From contig CAWJKT010000010.1 in NCBI GenBank assembly GCA_963843375.1, forward strand, positions 105,424 through 169,423: a stretch of DNA of 64,000 nucleotides, read 5' to 3'. Both the position numbers and the translations under genes were made by a program. Positions 59,783-64,000 of this stretch are shown here, one piece after another. The notes beneath the pieces were generated by a model. It was given only the letters and a program-made list of their open reading frames with translations, was not told where the DNA came from and did not search any database. How positions within the stretch are numbered: position 1 is the first letter of the stretch; every line of letters begins with the position of its first letter. The stretch is from an uncultured Pseudomonadota bacterium (GTDB lineage Bacteria; Oederibacteriota; Muellerivitia; Muellerivitales; Muellerivitaceae).

Positions 59783-61354
59783 ATGACCACATCCACCACT
59801 CCCGAGCCAGCCATTCCCGGAAGAATTGTTCTTACGCCGCCAAAATCGGGTGGAAAACCACAAATTATCATTACGGTTCTGGCCGGTCCCGAACAAGGGC
59901 ATGTTTTCAAAATCGCTCGGCCTACAACGACGATGGGTCGTTCCAACACCTGTGAGGTGGTCATTACCGACCCTTTGGTTTCCCGCCAACATTGTCAAAT
60001 TTTATTGGGAATGGGAGGGATAACCCTTAAAGATTTGGGCAGTACAAACGGCACTTTCCTGAATGGCGTAAAAGTTAACGAAAGTCCCTTACGAAACCAG
60101 GATGTTATTTCCGTCGGAGGTACGAGGTTACGCTTCGCGGTTGAGGTAACCAAAGATGAGACGGATTCGAAGACGCCCAAAATCGATGAGTTAGCCCATA
60201 AAAAACTTTTAACGCTTTACGAAGTCGGAAATATCGTCAATTCGGTACTAGAACTAAAAACCCTTTTAAACATCATCATGGCCATGGCTATCAAGGTCAT
60301 GCAGGCCAACCGCGGATTCCTGCTTTTAAGGGAAAAAACCGGAGAACTGAAACCTGTAGCCACTCATGCTTTGACGCCAGCGGAGGCGCAGGCACCTTAT
60401 AGCCAAACCATCGTGGACACGGTCTTAAAAGAAAGGGTTCCAGTGCTGGTTCTGGACGCCGTTCATGATGTCCGTTTCGCCAACAGGGACAGCCTCAAGG
60501 CTCTGCCGCTTTCTTCGGTCATTTGCGTGCCCATTTGGGAAAGAGAAAATATCGTCGGGGTTATCTACGTCGACAAGGCGGAAGGAACCACCACCTTCAA
60601 CGAAGAGGATATGTACTTCCTTTCGGCCTTCGCCAACCAAGCGGCGGTGGCCATAGCCAACGCCAAGCTCTTTGACGACGTGAGAAGGGAAGAGCGCCTT
60701 CGGACATCACTCCAGCGGTATCTTTCACCCAACATTGTGGACGACATGGTTCAAAATAACGATATTGCCAGTTCCCTGGGCGGCGCCAAGAAAAAAATTT
60801 CCGTCTTATTCTGCGATATTCGGGGATTCACGACCTTGACTGAAAAAGAACCTGTGGAAACGATCGTTAGTCTTTTAAATGAATATTTCAGTGCGATGTC
60901 GGACGTGATTTTTGCTAACCACGGCACCTTGGATAAGTTCATCGGCGATGCCATCATGGCCATTTATGGAGCGCCTTTGGAATTGGCAGATGGTGCTTAT
61001 AAATGTGTAAAAACAGCCATTGAAATGAGAGCCAAGTTGGCCCTCTTAAATGAAAAGTGGAAGACCGAAAAGAAACCTCAAATTCAAGTCGGGTACGGTA
61101 TCAACACGGGGGAAGCCATCGTGGGCAACATCGGTAGCGAACGACGAATGGAATATACCGCTATCGGCGACATGGTTAATGTCGCGGCTCGGGTAGAAGG
61201 GGAAACAGAGGGAAACCAAATATTTGTAACCGAAGAAACCTTTCAGGAATTGGGAAATCGCGTGCAAGTTAAAAAGCTTAACGCCGCCAAGCTCAAAGGT
61301 AAAACTTCCAAGGTCCAAATTTACGAAGTTACAGCATTAAATCCTGTTCCTTAA
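59783..61354 (+). CDS. FHA-GAF-class III nucleotide cyclase (adenylate/guanylate cyclase) multidomain protein
   Basis: FHA (…MGRSNTCEVVITDPLVSRQHCQIL…GSTNGTFLNG), GAF (…ANRGFLLLREKTGELKP…), cyclase domain (ISVLFCDIRGFTTLTE…FIGDAIMAIYGAP…). Confidence 0.85.
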   Translation: MTTSTTPEPAIPGRIVLTPPKSGGKPQIIITVLAGPEQGHVFKIARPTTTMGRSNTCEVVITDPLVSRQHCQILLGMGGITLKDLGSTNGTFLNGVKVNESPLRNQDVISVGGTRLRFAVEVTKDETDSKTPKIDELAHKKLLTLYEVGNIVNSVLELKTLLNIIMAMAIKVMQANRGFLLLREKTGELKPVATHALTPAEAQAPYSQTIVDTVLKERVPVLVLDAVHDVRFANRDSLKALPLSSVICVPIWERENIVGVIYVDKAEGTTTFNEEDMYFLSAFANQAAVAIANAKLFDDVRREERLRTSLQRYLSPNIVDDMVQNNDIASSLGGAKKKISVLFCDIRGFTTLTEKEPVETIVSLLNEYFSAMSDVIFANHGTLDKFIGDAIMAIYGAPLELADGAYKCVKTAIEMRAKLALLNEKWKTEKKPQIQVGYGINTGEAIVGNIGSERRMEYTAIGDMVNVAARVEGETEGNQIFVTEETFQELGNRVQVKKLNAAKLKGKTSKVQIYEVTALNPVP

Positions 61355-61444
61355 TCTTTTTCATTAATCCTCCTAAGACCTTTAAAACAACCGTACTTTT
61401 GACTAAATTGAGCTTGCGCTATCCCGATTTGACCACTGGAATCC

Positions 61445-63289
61445 ATGTCCAAAATAAAAACCCTCCCTGAAAAAGTCATCAACCAGATCGCTGCGGGCGA
61501 AGTGGTGGAAAGGCCTTCTTCCGTCATTAAAGAGCTCATGGAAAACGCCTTGGATGCCAAAGCCACATGGATCGAAGTGGAAATTAAGGAAGGTGGCCTC
61601 AAGCTCCTTAAAGTAACTGACAACGGAGAAGGAATGACCCCGGAAGATGCATTACTATCCATTCAAAAACACGCCACCAGTAAAATTTTCTCGGTTGATG
61701 ACCTTTCGAACCTTAATACATTCGGCTTTCGTGGGGAGGCCCTGGCCAGTATCGCTTCGGTATCTCATTTTGAGTTATCCACCCAAACCAAAGACTCGCT
61801 TTCAGGTATTTCGGTCAAGATCATGGGTGGAGGTGCTCCCAAGAGCTTCGAAACAAGCCGCCCGGTTGGGACGACCATCACGATTGCCAATCTTTTCTTC
61901 AATACACCCGCCCGGTTAAAATTCATGAAAAAACAATCCACCGAGGAACACCATATTCACACGGTGGTAACAACTTATGCATTAGCCTTTCCGCAGGTCG
62001 GCTTTAAATTAACGATTGATGGCAAGGAATCGCTCCAAGTTACTCCCTCTGATTTTCCCGCCCGTCTTTCCAAGATTTTCGGCAAAGAATTAGCTTCCTC
62101 ATTTCTCCCGTTGGATTTCCAGGGGTCAGGTCTCAAAATCCATGGAGTAGTCAGCGCGCCCACCGTGACCAAGCCAACCCGCGAAAACATGCTTTATTTC
62201 GTCAATCAACGTTGGATTTCCAATATCTCCCTGGGCCACGCGCTCATGACGGCTTTTCATTCACTTCTTCCCACCCGCCGGTTTCCAGTAGCTGTACTTT
62301 TCCTGGAAGTGGCGAAAGATCAGGTGGATGTAAATGTCCACCCCACCAAAAAAGAAATAAAATTCGCAAAAGATCGGGAAATATACGACGCGGTGGTCCG
62401 TTGCGTTCGCAACGCTTTACTTTCCGCCCCAGGATCATTGCAACCAAGCGGTTCAAATCCATTACCAAGTCCTTCTTTTGCCCCAAGCCATTCGAGATAT
62501 CCTCACAATCCCTCCCAACCCTTTGTTTTGCCCGAAGGCACCCCAGTCTTGTCTTCCGGTCCTCCGGCCGAAACTCTCCTTGACCGAATTGCCCAAAAAA
62601 TCCTTCCCGAAGGAGGCAGGCAAAGGGAAGAACATGTATCCTTTGATTCACTCGGCTTTGAAAAAACCACCTTACAAGCCCGAAGGATCGATTCACATAC
62701 CCCGCTTTACAATTTCAGCCAGCTCTTTAATACCTTTATTGTTTTCCAATCCGACCAAGAAATGTTTATTGCGGACCAGCACACCGTACACGAGAGGCTT
62801 AATTACGAAAGGTTGATGAAAGCCGTTCGGGAAAGGAAACTGGAAATCCAACCTCTCTTAGTCCCCGTCACGGTTGAATTGAGCGCCAAGGAAGCCCAAG
62901 TTCTCAAAAACAATCAAGAAATCCTGATGGAACTTGGGATGGAAGTTACGCCTTTCGGCGGAAATACTTTTTTGGTCCGTAGCGTTCCCGCTGACCTGGC
63001 GGGAAAGAACTTGGTGACCATTGTGAAAGATTTGATTGATGACTTGGCTTCCCAGGACGCTTCCGGAATCAAATCAGCTAACCGCCTAGATCAAGCCAGG
63101 GAAAGAACCGCCACCTTCATGTCTTGCCGTAGCGCCGTTATGGCGGGGGATCGCTTGAACGAAGACCAAATGAAAAGACTTATCGATCAGATGCGCGAGG
63201 CCAACCTCCCATTTACATGCCCTCATGGAAGACCCACGATTCTTTCGATTCCTCTTTCCGACCTTTACCGGCGTTTTGATAGACACTAG
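61445..63289 (+). CDS. mutL: DNA mismatch repair protein MutL
   Basis: GHKL ATPase motifs (…AAGEVVERPSSVIKELMENALDA…DNGEGM…), C-terminal dimerisation/endonuclease domain. Confidence 0.9.
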   Translation: MSKIKTLPEKVINQIAAGEVVERPSSVIKELMENALDAKATWIEVEIKEGGLKLLKVTDNGEGMTPEDALLSIQKHATSKIFSVDDLSNLNTFGFRGEALASIASVSHFELSTQTKDSLSGISVKIMGGGAPKSFETSRPVGTTITIANLFFNTPARLKFMKKQSTEEHHIHTVVTTYALAFPQVGFKLTIDGKESLQVTPSDFPARLSKIFGKELASSFLPLDFQGSGLKIHGVVSAPTVTKPTRENMLYFVNQRWISNISLGHALMTAFHSLLPTRRFPVAVLFLEVAKDQVDVNVHPTKKEIKFAKDREIYDAVVRCVRNALLSAPGSLQPSGSNPLPSPSFAPSHSRYPHNPSQPFVLPEGTPVLSSGPPAETLLDRIAQKILPEGGRQREEHVSFDSLGFEKTTLQARRIDSHTPLYNFSQLFNTFIVFQSDQEMFIADQHTVHERLNYERLMKAVRERKLEIQPLLVPVTVELSAKEAQVLKNNQEILMELGMEVTPFGGNTFLVRSVPADLAGKNLVTIVKDLIDDLASQDASGIKSANRLDQARERTATFMSCRSAVMAGDRLNEDQMKRLIDQMREANLPFTCPHGRPTILSIPLSDLYRRFDRH

Positions 63290-63342
63290 GAAATTTTATA
63301 ACTTAAATGTTATGTTTTAAATTCAAAGGCGACAATCCACCC

Positions 63343-64000
63343 ATGTCCGATAACTCAAACCTTATTACCTTAAAACTAAAAATGCCTATTCTGGTCGGTC
63401 CCACCGGGGTGGGTAAATCCGAGATTGCTTTTCTTTTAGCGAAACGGTTGAAAGCCGAAATCATTTCAGCGGACGCCTTTCAAGTCTATCGGGGCTTAGA
63501 AGTGGGAACAGCCCAACCCTTAAAAGAATGGCAAAAAGAAATCCCTCATCATTTAATCGGAACTAGGGATCCCGGGGAAAATTGGAACGCCGTGGAGTTT
63601 GCCCGGGAGGCAAAAAAAATAATAGATCACCACTTGAACCTGGGAAAGTCTTTAATATTGGTGGGGGGAGCTGGTTTTTACATTCGAGCCTTGGTGGAAG
63701 GGCCTCCCGGCGGAAATTCTCCCCGACCTGAACTCCGGTCCTTTGTCCAAGAAAAAGTAAAGGAATTGGGAAATGAAAAGGCCCTAGCGTGGCTTCGGGA
63801 AAAAGATTCTGCCGCCGGGGAACGTCTTCATGTAAATGATATTCAAAGGATTTGCAGGGCCTTGGAAAAAACCTTTGAAACAGATGTAACGAAAATGGAT
63901 TACATACCTATCGGGGCAGAAAATGTTTTGTTTTTTGGTTTTGAAAAGTCCAGGGATAAACTGGATGAACTCCTGCGGATCCGGAGCGAATCTATGTGGC
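63343..64000 (+). CDS. miaA: tRNA dimethylallyltransferase (3'-partial; runs off window)
   Basis: P-loop ILVGPTGVGKSE and DAFQVYRGLEVGTAQP typical of MiaA. Confidence 0.85.
   Translation, partial: MSDNSNLITLKLKMPILVGPTGVGKSEIAFLLAKRLKAEIISADAFQVYRGLEVGTAQPLKEWQKEIPHHLIGTRDPGENWNAVEFAREAKKIIDHHLNLGKSLILVGGAGFYIRALVEGPPGGNSPRPELRSFVQEKVKELGNEKALAWLREKDSAAGERLHVNDIQRICRALEKTFETDVTKMDYIPIGAENVLFFGFEKSRDKLDELLRIRSESMW

Overview
This ~64 kb window is a chromosomal segment of a diderm (Gram-negative-type) bacterium, about 50% GC overall; I cannot assign phylum from the sequence alone. It opens inside a tRNA-Ala(GGC) gene truncated by the window edge, followed by an intrinsic terminator.

**Core backbone.** A long co-directional biosynthetic supercluster covers dgt, argD-argF-argG-argH-lysA, dapA-dapB, a fumarylacetoacetate hydrolase (FAH)-family gene, dapL (LL-diaminopimelate aminotransferase), folK, a deoxynucleoside kinase, panB-panC-panD, nadA-nadX and an ABC-2 transporter. 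Further housekeeping blocks follow:
- a PfkB-family sugar kinase, xseA, a 2 kb gene for a secreted protein of unknown function, then xseB-ispA, a YuiD/DUF212-like gene and dxs
- an M23/LysM peptidase, a fused indolepyruvate:ferredoxin oxidoreductase, a LuxR-type regulator and a hemolysin-III-family protein
- recN, a short GNAT (N-acetylglutamate-synthase-like), leuS-lptE-[secreted unknown]-holA, rpsT, murJ, ogt
- a Ser/Thr kinase with NHL repeats next to an FHA-GAF-adenylate/guanylate cyclase
- mutL and miaA (3'-partial at the window end)

**Accessory stretch (~33.3-46.5 kb).** The first ~6 kb looks like a compositionally mosaic island, and the candidate novel content lies in this stretch:
- a truncated B12-binding radical-SAM gene abutting a GC-rich MFS transporter gene
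- a DUF3052-like gene, a low-GC glyoxalase (VOC) gene, a CPBP protease, a small membrane protein, and Phd/VapC and MNT/HepT toxin-antitoxin pairs
- a 19-nt palindromic repeat core (TGTCCACGACGGGGACCCG) placed just downstream of four successive gene modules
- a putative metal (copper-like) handling trio: an exported Cys/His/Met-rich peptide, a Met-rich outer-membrane protein and an exported Cys-rich protein
- lipase_3, glutathione peroxidase, a stand-alone receiver domain, a flavoprotein (YhiN family) and a GH27 alpha-galactosidase

**Frameshifts.** Many genes carry apparent frameshifts, concentrated at 10.4-18.5 kb (dapL, folK, the kinase, panBCD, nadA, nadX, both ABC components). Elsewhere there are isolated ones in argD, lysA, HepT, leuS and the radical-SAM fragment. 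These are either homopolymer-type assembly errors or genuine gene decay; the sequence alone cannot decide.
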